DNA from: an uncultured Alphaproteobacteria bacterium
GTDB lineage: Bacteria > Pseudomonadota > Alphaproteobacteria > Rhizobiales > Rhizobiaceae
DNA length: 64,000 nt
Direction: 5' to 3'
Assembly (NCBI GenBank): GCA_963822365.1
Contig: CAWGHM010000009.1
Location: 338,181-402,180, forward strand
Part shown: one piece after another, positions 43,197 through 53,393 of the stretch
Layout of the letters: every line of letters begins with the position of its first letter
Position numbering within the stretch: the first letter of the stretch is position 1
Translations under genes and position numbers: made by a program
Notes under the pieces: model-generated
Database searches by the model: none
Told to the model about the DNA's origin: nothing
Seen by the model: the letters and a program-made list of their open reading frames with translations, nothing else

Positions 43197-43796
43197 ATGC
43201 CCGACGAACGATCTCCAGCGCGCAGCCAGCTTCAGGTTCTAAGGGCCAGGGATTACCGACGCATGCCGTGGAAGAATGGCGGCGGAGAGACGACGGAGAT
43301 CGCAGTGTTTCCGCCGGGCGCCGATCTGTCTGCCTTCGGCTGGCGCATCAGTATGGCGACCGTGGCGAGCGACGGTCCGTTTTCGGTCTTTACCGGTGTA
43401 GATCGGACCTTATCGATTCTACAGGGCGAAGGCATGGAACTCGATATCGACGGGCAAAAATCCGTTATACTAACACAGACATCCGAGCCGCTGGCTTTTC
43501 CCGCCGATGCGACAACGTCGGCCCGGCTCGTCTCAGGCACGATTGTCGATCTGAATGTCATGACGAGACGCGGACAATGGAACCATCGGGTCGAAAGGCG
43601 CACGTTCGAAGACCAGCATCATTTGAATGCCGAGGGCGGAGTGACGATGCTGCTGTCGCTCGGTAACATGCGGCTCGATGGTGGAGGTCATGCCCAGGAG
43701 CTCGGCCGGCTCGACTGCGCGATAATCGAGGGCATCGTCTTGATCACATCCGATATGCCGACAGAGGCATACCTCATCCGCATCACCGCGAAATAG
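43197..43796 (+). CDS. hutD: HutD/Ves family protein (histidine utilization)
   Basis: 199-aa ORF with HutD signature RRMPWKNGGGETTEIAVFP. Exact start uncertain. Confidence 0.7.
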   Translation: MPDERSPARSQLQVLRARDYRRMPWKNGGGETTEIAVFPPGADLSAFGWRISMATVASDGPFSVFTGVDRTLSILQGEGMELDIDGQKSVILTQTSEPLAFPADATTSARLVSGTIVDLNVMTRRGQWNHRVERRTFEDQHHLNAEGGVTMLLSLGNMRLDGGGHAQELGRLDCAIIEGIVLITSDMPTEAYLIRITAK

Positions 43797-43921
43797 GCGC
43801 TATCCTCTGCGGCGGGTGTCCCATTAGGCGGTGTCCAACAACCGGTGCCACAGCCCCGCAAAGGCGAGGTGATATGGACAGACCGGGAACTGTTGCGCTC
43901 GTCAATTCCGAAAATGGCGGC

Positions 43922-44503
43922 TTATTTCGGCCAGCACTGCAGGGCCATGTCTATGACCTTGTACAGGGCGGCACGATCAGCACCGGACGCCGCCTGAACC
44001 GCCGTGCCCTGCGTCACCGTCATGATATACCGGGCAACATCGGTTGGCGAACAGGCGCCAGGGAAATCTCCCTCTTGGGCAGCACGTTCAAACCGCTCGG
44101 CCAGCGCGTGTTCGACCCGGCGCCGGCCTTCGATCAGGCATTTCTGGATTTCGGCCGCGGCCTCGCTGCAGGCCAGTGCGCCGTTGATGCCGAGGCAGCC
44201 ATTGGGGTTGCATTCCGCCGTCTGCATGTCGGCATACCCCTTGAGGACACGTTCGGCGACGGTGCGTGCCCTGGGCTCTTCCAGAGCCTCGCGAAAAAAC
44301 ACCATCTGCTTCTGCTCGTAGCGGTCAAGCGCCTTCAGGAAGAGTTCTTCCTTGTTGCCGAAGAAGCCGTAGAGGCTGGGCCGGGTGATGCCCATGCCCT
44401 CGGTCAGATCCGTCAGAGATGTGCCTTCGTAGCCTTTGCGCCAGAACAGCTCCATCGCCGTCTGCAAGGCCTCATCGACATCGAACTCCCTGGGCCGCCC
44501 CAT
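43922..44503 (-). CDS. TetR/AcrR family transcriptional regulator
   Basis: 193-aa ORF. N-terminal TetR HTH ALQTAMELFWRKGYEGTSLTDLTEGMGITRPSLYGFFGNKEELF. Divergent from the RND efflux operon. Confidence 0.85.
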   Translation of the reverse strand: MGRPREFDVDEALQTAMELFWRKGYEGTSLTDLTEGMGITRPSLYGFFGNKEELFLKALDRYEQKQMVFFREALEEPRARTVAERVLKGYADMQTAECNPNGCLGINGALACSEAAAEIQKCLIEGRRRVEHALAERFERAAQEGDFPGACSPTDVARYIMTVTQGTAVQAASGADRAALYKVIDMALQCWPK

Positions 44504-44535
44504 TTTTCAGATCCTCCAGATTATTTTGTACTTAT

Positions 44536-44593
44536 CGGTATAGAATCCATTGACAGCCGATCATGCTCACGCCTATTTCTATACCGAACGGTA
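44536..44593. promoter_or_regulatory. candidate TetR operator(s): inverted repeat GGTATAGAA (44536-44544) / TTCTATACC (44576-44584) and palindrome ATACCGAACGGTAT (44580-44593)
   Basis: Read directly in the 172-bp divergent intergenic region between the TetR gene and the RND adaptor gene. Confidence 0.4.
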
Positions 44594-44675
44594 TTGAACG
44601 TCAATGCGCATGTCGTCCTCCCAAGACCAGCGCACCCTAGTCGCCAAAAAGCGTCAGAAACAAGGATAGATCCCG

Positions 44676-45905
44676 ATGTCTCTTGCAAACATCAGACGAA
44701 AGCTCCTCGCCACAGGCCTCGTGCTGGCGGCAGCTACCCTCGCGCCAACCGTCTTCTTCGATATCCAGGGCAGCCCGGCCGGCAACGGCAATGCTGCCGA
44801 AACTGCCGCTGCTCCGCCCGCCGTGCCCGTTTCGGTGGCAGTCGTCGAAGCCAAGCCCATTACGCAATGGAGCGAGTTCTCCGGCCGCCTCGAAGCCGTG
44901 GATCATGTTGAGCTTCGCTCGCGTGTCGCCGGTGCAATCCAGTCGGTGCATTTCCAGGAAGGCGCCGTCGTCCATCAGGGCGATCTCCTGGTGACGATCG
45001 ATCCCGCACCCTATGCGGCGGAAGTTGCCCGCGCCCGTGCGGCGGTGGCAGCGGCGGAGGCCCGCGCCTCGCTGGCCAGCATCGAACTGAAGCGCGGAAA
45101 GCAGCTCCTGAGCTCAGCCGCGGTCTCGCAAAGCGACTACGACCAGCGCATCAATGGGCAAGCCGGTGCAAAGGCCGACCTTGAAGCGGCCCGCGCGGTC
45201 CTGCAAACGGCGCTGCTCAATCTCGGCTATACGGAAATCCGGGCACCGATCACCGGCCGCATCGGCAAGATCGAGATGACACCCGGCAACCTGATCGCGG
45301 CCGGCCCCTCCTCGCCGGTCCTCACCGAGCTTGTTTCGCTGAGCCCCATCTATGCAAGCTTCGAAGCCAACGAAGACGTCGTTGCCGGCATTCTTGCCGA
45401 GCTGCCCGAAGGCATCAATGCGCGCAACTTCATCGACCGTGTCCCGGTGCAAATGGACGTGGCCGGCGCCAGCGACGTCAAGGGTGCCCTGCAATTGATC
45501 GACAACAGCGTCGACCCTGAAAGCGGCACCATCCGCGTGCGCGCCAGGTTCGACAATGCCGATGGAAAGCTCCTGCCTGGACAGTTTGCGCGGCTGAGCC
45601 TGGGTCAGGCAAAGGCCACCGACGCCGTGCTCGTGCATGAACGTTCGATCGGCACCGACCAGAACAAGAAGTTTGTCATGGTGGTGAAGCCCGACAATAC
45701 GACCGAGTATCGCGAAATCTCGGTCGGTCCGAAAGCCGATGGCCTGCGCATTGTCACCAGCGGCCTGAAGGCCAAGGAGCGCATCGTCGTCAACGGCCTG
45801 CAGCGTATCCGGCCGGGCTCGCTCGTTGCGCCGGAAATGGTGTCGATGACAACAGGCACCAGCACGCAGCTTCAGGCATCGATTGCCGGCACCGCCAAGA
45901 ACTGA
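44676..45905 (+). CDS. RND efflux periplasmic adaptor subunit (AcrA/MexA-like)
   Basis: 409-aa intact ORF. Lipoprotein-like N-terminus MSLANIRRKLLATGLVLAAATLA. Membrane-fusion-protein coiled-coil and beta-barrel segments. Confidence 0.9.
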   Translation: MSLANIRRKLLATGLVLAAATLAPTVFFDIQGSPAGNGNAAETAAAPPAVPVSVAVVEAKPITQWSEFSGRLEAVDHVELRSRVAGAIQSVHFQEGAVVHQGDLLVTIDPAPYAAEVARARAAVAAAEARASLASIELKRGKQLLSSAAVSQSDYDQRINGQAGAKADLEAARAVLQTALLNLGYTEIRAPITGRIGKIEMTPGNLIAAGPSSPVLTELVSLSPIYASFEANEDVVAGILAELPEGINARNFIDRVPVQMDVAGASDVKGALQLIDNSVDPESGTIRVRARFDNADGKLLPGQFARLSLGQAKATDAVLVHERSIGTDQNKKFVMVVKPDNTTEYREISVGPKADGLRIVTSGLKAKERIVVNGLQRIRPGSLVAPEMVSMTTGTSTQLQASIAGTAKN

Positions 45906-45943
45906 GCGGTCCCTCCAAACCACGCGAAAAGGCGGGTCGAGAT

Positions 45944-48900
45944 ATGAACATCTCCAAATTTTTCATCGATCGCCCCGTTTTCGCGGGCGTTTTATCCTTC
46001 ATGATCTTCATCGGCGGTCTGATTTCACTGACCGTGATGCCGATTTCTGAATATCCCGACGTGGTGCCGCCATCTGTCGTGATCCGCGCCAACTATCCCG
46101 GCGCCAACCCCAAGGTGATCGCCGAGACCGTGGCGACACCGCTGGAGGAATCGATCAACGGCGTCGAGGGCATGCTCTACATGAGCAGCCAGGCGACGAC
46201 CGATGGCCTGATGACGCTGACGGTCACCTTCAAGCTCGGCACCGATCCCGACCAGGCGCAACAGCTCGTCCAGAACCGCGTCTCCCAGGCGGAACCGCGC
46301 CTGCCCGAAGAGGTGCGCCGCCTCGGCGTGACGACGATCAAGAGTTCGCCGGACCTGATGATGGTCGTGCACCTGACCTCCCCCGAGGGTCGCTACGACA
46401 TGACCTACCTGCGCAACTATGCGCTGATCAACGTCAAGGACCGGCTGGCGCGCATCGACGGCGTCGGTCAGGTCCAGCTTTTCGGATCGGGCGACTATTC
46501 GATGCGGATCTGGCTTGATCCGCAGAAGATGGCGCAGCTTGGCCTTTCCGCTTCCGATATCGTCAATGAGATCCGCGCCCAGAACATTCAGGCCGCCGCC
46601 GGTGTCATCGGCTCCGCGCCCAATCTCGAAGGCGTCGACCTGCAGCTTTCCGTCAATGCGCAGGGGCGCCTCCAAAGCGAGGAGGAATTTGGCGAGATCA
46701 TCATCAAGACCAGCGCCTCGGGTGCCATCACGCGCCTGAAGGACGTGTCGCGGATCGAACTCGGCTCCGCCGAATATTCCCTGCGCTCGCTGCTCAACAA
46801 CAAGCAGGCGGTCGCCATTCCGGTCTTCCAGGCGCCCGGATCGAACGCGATCGAGATCGCCGATCAGGTTCGCAGCGTCATGGAGGAAATCAAGACGACC
46901 ATGCCGCAGGACGTCTCCTACGAGATCGTCTATGATACGACGCAGTTCGTGCGCGCCTCGATCGAGGCCGTGGTCGATACGCTGCTGGAAGCCATCGCGC
47001 TCGTCGTCATCGTCGTCATCCTGTTCCTGCAGACATGGCGTGCCTCGATCATTCCGCTGATTGCCGTTCCGGTCTCGATCGTCGGCACCTTTGCCGTGAT
47101 GCAGATGTTCGGCTTCTCGATCAATGCGCTCAGCCTCTTCGGCCTGGTACTCGCCATCGGCATCGTCGTCGACGATGCGATCGTCGTGGTCGAGAACGTC
47201 GAGCGCAACATCGAGAATGGTCTTGCACCGCGCGAGGCAACCTACAAGGCAATGACCGAAGTCTCCGGCCCGATCATCGCGATCGCATTGGTGCTGGTCG
47301 CCGTCTTCGTGCCGCTCGCCTTCATCTCCGGCCTCACCGGCCAGTTCTACAAGCAGTTTGCCCTGACGATTGCCATCTCGACAGTCATCTCGGCCTTCAA
47401 CTCGCTGACGCTTTCGCCGGCGCTGGCAGCACTTCTCCTGCAGTCGCATGATGCGCCGAAGGATCGTCTGACACGGGTGATGAACGGCATGTTCGGCTGG
47501 CTCTTCCGGGGCTTCAACGCCGTGTTCACGCGCGGTTCGAACGCCTACGGCACCGGTGTGCGACGGGTGATCTCACGCAAGACGCTGATGATGGCGATCT
47601 ATCTCGTTTTGATCGGCTCGACCGTGTTCATGTTCAAGGCCGTGCCGGGCGGTTTCGTGCCGCCGCAGGACAAGCAATATCTGGTCGGCTTCACGCAACT
47701 GCCGGATGGCGCATCGCTTGACCGGACGGAAGACGTGATCCGCCGCATCAGCGATATTGCGCTCAAGGTGCCGGGCGTCGAAAGCGCCATCGCCTTCCCC
47801 GGCCTGTCGATCAACGGCTTCACCAACTCGTCGAACGCCGGCATCGTCTTCCTGTCGCTGAAGCCCTTCGAGGAACGCGAGACGCCGGAGCTTTCGGCGG
47901 GCGCGATTGCCGGGCGGCTCAACCAGGAACTGGGTGTTATCCAGGATTCCTTCAGCGCCATCTTCCCGCCGCCGCCGGTTCAGGGCCTCGGCGCGATCGG
48001 CGGCTTCAAGCTGCAGATCGAGGACCGCAATGGCCTCGGCTATGAGGCGTTGGACGCAGCCGTGAAGGGCTTCCTGGCCAAGGCCTATGCGACGCCGGAA
48101 CTGGTCGGCCTGTTCTCCAGCTATCAGGTCAACGTGCCGCAGCTCTATGCCGATGTCGATCGTGCCAAGGCCAGGCAGCTGAATGTCCCGCTGCCGGATA
48201 TCTTCAACACGCTGCAGATCTATCTCGGCTCGGTCTATGTCAACGACTTCAACAAGTTCGGCCGGACCTATTCCGTCCGCGTTCAGGCGGATGCCGCCTA
48301 CAGGGCGCAGGCGGAGGATATCGGCAAGCTCGAAGTCCGCTCGACCTCAGGCGAGATGATCCCGCTTTCGGCCGTGCTCAAGGTGACCTCCAGCGCCGGG
48401 CCGGAGCGCGCCATGCGCTACAACGGCTTCCTCTCGGCCGATATCAACGGCAATGCGGCGCCCGGTGTATCCTCAGGCCAGGCGCGCGCCATTGTCGAGC
48501 AGATCGCAGCCGACACTTTGCCGGCCGGCATCAGCTTCGAATGGACGGAGCTGACGTACCAGGAAATCATCGCCGGCAATTCCGGCGTGCTGATCTTCCC
48601 GCTGGCCATCCTTCTGGTCTTCCTCGTGCTGGCGGCCCAGTATGAAAGCCTGACGCTGCCGCTCTCGATCATCATGATCGTTCCGCTCGGCATCCTCGCC
48701 GCACTGACAGGCGTCTGGCTGACAGGCGGCGACAACAATGTCTTCACCCAGATCGGCCTGATCGTTCTGGTCGGCCTGTCGGCGAAGAACGCCATCCTGA
48801 TCGTCGAGTTTGCGCGGGAGCTCGAATTCGAAGGCGCCAAGCCCTTCGATGCCGTGATCACCGCCAGCCGCCTGCGGTTGCGGCCGATCCTGATGACCTC

Positions 48901-49144
48901 GATGGCCTTCATCATGGGCGTCGTGCCGCTGGTCGTGTCCACCGGTGCAGGTGCCGAAATGCGCCACGCCATGGGTGTCGCGGTGTTCTCGGGCATGATC
49001 GGGGTCACGTTGTTCGGCCTGTTCCTGACGCCCGTCTTCTACGTGCTGGTGCGGGCGATGACCGGCAACAAGCCCCTGCGCAAGAGCGGCGCCGTGGAAC
49101 AAGCCCACTCGCCCGCGCTCGCTGCGCATCCTGCGGCCGAATAA
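45944..49144 (+). CDS. RND multidrug efflux transporter permease (AcrB/MexB family)
   Basis: 1066-aa intact ORF MNISKFFIDRPVFAGVLSFMIFIGGLISL..., 12-TM HAE1 architecture. Confidence 0.9.
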   Translation: MNISKFFIDRPVFAGVLSFMIFIGGLISLTVMPISEYPDVVPPSVVIRANYPGANPKVIAETVATPLEESINGVEGMLYMSSQATTDGLMTLTVTFKLGTDPDQAQQLVQNRVSQAEPRLPEEVRRLGVTTIKSSPDLMMVVHLTSPEGRYDMTYLRNYALINVKDRLARIDGVGQVQLFGSGDYSMRIWLDPQKMAQLGLSASDIVNEIRAQNIQAAAGVIGSAPNLEGVDLQLSVNAQGRLQSEEEFGEIIIKTSASGAITRLKDVSRIELGSAEYSLRSLLNNKQAVAIPVFQAPGSNAIEIADQVRSVMEEIKTTMPQDVSYEIVYDTTQFVRASIEAVVDTLLEAIALVVIVVILFLQTWRASIIPLIAVPVSIVGTFAVMQMFGFSINALSLFGLVLAIGIVVDDAIVVVENVERNIENGLAPREATYKAMTEVSGPIIAIALVLVAVFVPLAFISGLTGQFYKQFALTIAISTVISAFNSLTLSPALAALLLQSHDAPKDRLTRVMNGMFGWLFRGFNAVFTRGSNAYGTGVRRVISRKTLMMAIYLVLIGSTVFMFKAVPGGFVPPQDKQYLVGFTQLPDGASLDRTEDVIRRISDIALKVPGVESAIAFPGLSINGFTNSSNAGIVFLSLKPFEERETPELSAGAIAGRLNQELGVIQDSFSAIFPPPPVQGLGAIGGFKLQIEDRNGLGYEALDAAVKGFLAKAYATPELVGLFSSYQVNVPQLYADVDRAKARQLNVPLPDIFNTLQIYLGSVYVNDFNKFGRTYSVRVQADAAYRAQAEDIGKLEVRSTSGEMIPLSAVLKVTSSAGPERAMRYNGFLSADINGNAAPGVSSGQARAIVEQIAADTLPAGISFEWTELTYQEIIAGNSGVLIFPLAILLVFLVLAAQYESLTLPLSIIMIVPLGILAALTGVWLTGGDNNVFTQIGLIVLVGLSAKNAILIVEFARELEFEGAKPFDAVITASRLRLRPILMTSMAFIMGVVPLVVSTGAGAEMRHAMGVAVFSGMIGVTLFGLFLTPVFYVLVRAMTGNKPLRKSGAVEQAHSPALAAHPAAE

Positions 49145-49157
49145 GCGGCAAAAAGCC

Positions 49158-49193
49158 GACCGACCTCCACCTCTGCAACGGTGGAGGTCGGTC
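49158..49193. terminator. GC-rich hairpin after RND pump gene (14-bp perfect stem GACCGACCTCCACC / GGTGGAGGTCGGTC)
   Basis: Begins 14 nt after the acrB-like stop. U-tract (GCTTTTTGCC) is on the minus-strand side rather than the plus side. Confidence 0.4.
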
Positions 49194-49378
49194 CTCATGC
49201 GCATCTGAACCAGCGACACCTGCGACGGCTAAAAAGTCAAATCTTGCGCAACTGCAGCAAAAACTTCTGGACGATCGGTCTCTCCGCCCTAGGTCTGAAA
49301 TAGCGTTTCGCCGAAATGGCTTCTCCGCAAAATTCTACCGGGCCTTCAAAATTCCGGTTGATTCAAGGAAACGAAGAT

Positions 49379-50716
49379 ATGACCACTTCCGCTGATCCCG
49401 GGCGTTTTCCCCGCATCGCACTGATTTCGACCCATGGCTATGTTGCCGCAATCCCGCCGCTCGGCGCCGCCGACACCGGCGGACAGGTGGTCTACGTCAT
49501 TGAACTGGCCCGCAAATTTGCCCAGCTCGGCTATACCGTCGATGTCTATACCCGCCGCTTCGAGGACCAGCCGGAGTTCGACGAGGTCGATGATCGGGTC
49601 CGGGTGATCCGCATTCCCTGCGGCGGTCCCGATTTCATTCCGAAGGAATATCTGCATCGCTCGCTGATGGAATGGTGCGAGAACGCGCTGCGCTTCATCA
49701 AGCGCGACAACCTCAACTACGTTTTCATCAACAGTCACTATTGGGATGCCGGCGTTGCCGGCCAGCGTCTGTCGGAAGCCCTGTCCGTGCCGCATGTCCA
49801 TACCCCGCATTCGCTGGGACTCTGGAAGAAGCGGCAGATGGAAACCGACTACCCGGAAAAGGCCGATACGTTCGAGACGGAGTTCAACTTTTCCGAACGC
49901 ATCAAGCATGAACTGATCATCTACCGAAGCTGCGACATCGTCATTGCCACGACCCCGGTCCAGCTGGACGTTCTTGTCGATGACTACGGAATGGCCAAGA
50001 GCCGGGTGCACATGGTGCCGCCGGGCTATGACGACAATCGTTTCTTCCCGGTTTCCTCCGCCTCCCGCGAAATGGCCCGCCAGCGGCTCGGTTTCGAAGG
50101 CAAGGTCGTGCTGGCGCTCGGACGACTGGCAACGAACAAGGGCTATGATCTGCTGATCGACGCTTTCGGGGTGCTGGCCGAGCGCGAGCCGGAAGCACGC
50201 CTGTTGCTGGCTGTGGGCGGTGAAAACATCGATGATGCGGAAAAGGCCATTCTGGACGAATTGAAGGCCAAGGCTAAAGAACTGAACCTGGAAGACCGCA
50301 TCGACTTTTCCGGCTTCGTCGCCGACGACGACCTGCCCGACTATTATCGCGCGGCCGATCTCTTCGTCCTGTCGAGCCGCTACGAGCCGTTCGGCATGAC
50401 GGCGATCGAGGCCATGGCGAGCGGCACGCCGACGATCATCACCGTCCATGGCGGCCTCTATCGTGCCATCAGCTACGGACGCCATGCGCTGTTTGCCGAT
50501 CCGTTCGACAAGTACGACCTCGGCATCACCATGATGAAACCGTTGAAGCACGAGCGGCTCTATGGGCGCCTGTCCCGCATGGGTGCACACAAGGCACGCA
50601 GCCTCTTCACCTGGACGGGCATTGCACAGCAGATCATCGCCGTCGTTGAAGGGCGTCCGATGCTGCAGGCGCTGGATGACAAGGAATGGGCGGAACCATG
50701 GAACGACGGAGATTGA
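49379..50716 (+). CDS. GT4 glycosyltransferase, sucrose-phosphate synthase / mannosylfructose-phosphate synthase (MfpsA)-like
   Basis: Intact ORF (list 49316..50716). Preferred start MTTSADPGRFPRIALISTHGYVAAIPPLGAADTGGQVVYVIELAR at ATG 49379 (SD AAGGA). SPS-type glucosyltransferase-domain motifs. Confidence 0.8.
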   Translation: MTTSADPGRFPRIALISTHGYVAAIPPLGAADTGGQVVYVIELARKFAQLGYTVDVYTRRFEDQPEFDEVDDRVRVIRIPCGGPDFIPKEYLHRSLMEWCENALRFIKRDNLNYVFINSHYWDAGVAGQRLSEALSVPHVHTPHSLGLWKKRQMETDYPEKADTFETEFNFSERIKHELIIYRSCDIVIATTPVQLDVLVDDYGMAKSRVHMVPPGYDDNRFFPVSSASREMARQRLGFEGKVVLALGRLATNKGYDLLIDAFGVLAEREPEARLLLAVGGENIDDAEKAILDELKAKAKELNLEDRIDFSGFVADDDLPDYYRAADLFVLSSRYEPFGMTAIEAMASGTPTIITVHGGLYRAISYGRHALFADPFDKYDLGITMMKPLKHERLYGRLSRMGAHKARSLFTWTGIAQQIIAVVEGRPMLQALDDKEWAEPWNDGD

Positions 50717-51690
50717 AACCGGTCCGGCTTTTTTCCTCCGATCTCGACGGGACCCTGGCCGGAAACCGGGAAGCCGAAGCGCGATTTGCGGAAGCCTGGG
50801 GCAGGCTCGATCCCTCAACCCGACCGCTCCTCGTCTACAATAGCGGTCGACTGATCGAGGACATGCAGTCGTTCCTGCCGCAGACAGCCCTTCCGACCGC
50901 CGATTTCCTCATCGGCGGCGTCGGGACCATGCTTGTGAACATCGACCAAGCGGACGAGGCTGCGATTTACACCGCATCGCTCGGGCAACCTTTCGATGTC
51001 AACAGCATCCGGTCGATCCTGGAAAAAAGTGGCGCGATCACCTTGCAGCCCGACCAGTTCCAGCATGCGCATAAATCCAGCTGGTATCTGCACGACGCAT
51101 CTGAAGAGGCCATCGCGCAGATCGAGCAGGAGCTACAACAGGCCGGCCAGAATATCCGTGTCGTCTATTCCAGCGCGCGCGACCTCGATATCCTTCCGTC
51201 AGGAATCGACAAGGGCGCGGCGCTGAGCTGGCTCTGTCAGCGACTGGGTATTGCGCTCGATGAGGTCGTTGTCGCCGGCGACACGGGAAATGATTCCAGC
51301 ATGTTCCTGCTGGATGACGTGCGCGGGATCGTCGTTGGAAACGCGCTGCCCGAGCTTGCGGCTCTCGCCCCGGAGCGACCGAACATCTATGTCGCTCAAC
51401 AGCGGATCGCCGATGGCGTCCTGGAAGGTTTCCGCCATTGGGACATCATTGACACCGGCGCAAATAAGGTAAGTAGAAACTTACAATCTGAGAGCCCACA
51501 TCGTCGCATTGACCACGCTGCCGGGGGCAGCCTTCAGCCTGGCGGATCGTACAGGTGCGAAACCATCCAGGCGTTTTGTGCCGACCCAGCGGCCATCATC
51601 GGCAAAGACCTCGATAGAGCCATAGTCCAGGAAGATCCGCAGCTTTTTCGGTCGGGCACCGCGCGCCACGTAATCTGGGGAAGGCCCTGA
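50698..51690 (+). CDS. HAD-IIB sucrose-phosphatase / mannosylfructose-phosphate phosphatase (MfppA)-like; ORF probably over-extended at 3' end
   Basis: MERRRLKPVRLFSSDLDGTLAG (DxDGT HAD motif I)...SGIDKGAALSW...VVAGDTGNDSSMF. Start overlaps the GT stop. The ORF runs ~200 nt into the convergent GH32 gene without a stop; real end likely ~51470. Confidence 0.6.
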   Translation: MERRRLKPVRLFSSDLDGTLAGNREAEARFAEAWGRLDPSTRPLLVYNSGRLIEDMQSFLPQTALPTADFLIGGVGTMLVNIDQADEAAIYTASLGQPFDVNSIRSILEKSGAITLQPDQFQHAHKSSWYLHDASEEAIAQIEQELQQAGQNIRVVYSSARDLDILPSGIDKGAALSWLCQRLGIALDEVVVAGDTGNDSSMFLLDDVRGIVVGNALPELAALAPERPNIYVAQQRIADGVLEGFRHWDIIDTGANKVSRNLQSESPHRRIDHAAGGSLQPGGSYRCETIQAFCADPAAIIGKDLDRAIVQEDPQLFRSGTARHVIWGRP

Positions 51691-53201
51691 ACCCTCGACT
51701 TCATGACGAATCCACAGTCCCTGCTCGTCGACGAAGACGCCAAGCTGGACGCCGGGGCGATCCAGTTCCAGCTCGAATTGCGTGCCCGGCTCGGTCAGTT
51801 CGAACAGGATTTCGGCAGCACCGGTCTCGAGTTTCACAGCCTGCCCCGCAGCCAGGCGTGTCCTGTCGAGCATCTGGCCGCGCAGGCTTTCGGCCGGGCC
51901 GATCGGCGGCGTGCAGAGCACCCCGTTTGCGAGCAGGATACGGCGTGGCAGGGTCATGGCTGTCGGAAAATCGATCGTCGGTCCGGCATCGGCCCAATTG
52001 GCAAGCCAGCCGATGCCGACCGCCGTATCGCCATCCATGAAAGCCTGGAAGGCATAATTGTCCGTGCCGAAATCGAGCTCCTGCTCATATTCCTTGACGA
52101 AGCTGCGGCCATCGAACCAGCCGACGGCCGCCATGGTCAGGTTTTTGCGCCGCGTCACCGCGTCTTCGCTGGTCATGAGGCCGTAGATCAGCGCCCATCG
52201 CGTCGCCGGATCGGTCGCCGGACCATCGAGCGGCAACATGCACGGGCATTCGGTCGCGGTGGTCCTGTAGCGCTTCTCGACGGAGAGCTTGCCTATAAAG
52301 TCCAGCCGCCGGCTGCTGTATGATCCTTCGTCTCATAGAGCAGGATGACGCCACCCTCGTCGCTCTGGCTGCCGAGCAGCATCTTCCACAGCCCATCCGG
52401 CCCCTTGAAGACGTAAGGGTCCCGGAAATCCAGCGTCAGCCCCTGATTTTCCGGGCGATGCGGCAGGATAACCTCGGCCTGGCCGGCCATGATCAGATCA
52501 CCGGAGGTCGCCGTCAGTTGGATCTGCTGTTCAGGCTGGCGATCCTGCACCTGTTCGGTAAAGAACACACGGATACCCGGCCCATCGGGCAGAGGGATTG
52601 CGGATCCCGAGAAGGCGCCGCCGCGTTTGTCGGCTCGGGCCGCAACGTCTTCGGACGGAAACAGGAAGATCGGCAGATGCCGCCAGCGGAGATAGTCGGA
52701 GGAAACCGCATGGCCCCAATGCATCGTGTTCCAGCGCAGCCCGTGGGAATAATGCTGGTAGAACAGATGCGGTCGCCCGCCGAAGCGGCCAAAACCGTTG
52801 GGATCGTTCATCCAGCCGAACGGTGGACGAAAATGGTAACCGCCCGGCAGATCCGGTGGCGCATTGACGGGATTGGTGTGGATGACGGTGATGCCCGTTT
52901 CCAGAACATCCGCCGGCGTGAACCAATAGGCGACCGACACCGAGGTTTCCGCGGTATCGTAGCTGAGTTCGATCGGTCCGCCGCCGAAGACATGGAAGAT
53001 GCGAAACTCGTTTTCCTCGGCATTGGTAACCAGCACCTCGCCGAACTTGCCACGGGCGCTGGTGAAGGACAGGGAGCCCTGCCTGCCCTCGGCAACCGCC
53101 TTCAGCCAGATATGCAGCGTCGCATTGACCGGCAGTTCGACCGGCAATGTGCGCATAGTGGCGGACACGTCCGTGGTTGCAGTCTGGTCCATTGTGCTCA
53201 C
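51481..53201 (-). pseudogene. glycoside hydrolase family 32 (beta-fructofuranosidase/sucrose-6-phosphate hydrolase-like); one frameshift at ~52290-52320
   Basis: N-terminal fragment (ORF 52293..53201) carries the GH32 signature WMNDPNG after a ~125-aa N-terminal extension. C-terminal beta-sandwich fragment (ORF 51481..52239) is in another frame. Confidence 0.75.
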
Positions 53202-53393
53202 CTCATCCGAAAAAACATCGCGCCGCCCGACAGGTCATTCAAAGCTGCGAAGACGAGCAGATCATTGAAGTCAGGCACGGACATGCTGCCTCCGGCCCAA
53301 ACGACATCGGGGAGGGATATGGCTCCCTCCCCGATGATTTCAACGATGATCTCAGGCGAATGTGCCAGCGCGCGGGAGCGCACCCGTGAAACG

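Noticed and set aside
46025-47449. 474-aa minus-strand ORF
   Set aside because: Antisense to the RND transporter gene. Asp/Arg-rich low-complexity sequence.
49346-50818. 490-aa minus-strand ORF
   Set aside because: Antisense to the SPS-like glycosyltransferase gene.
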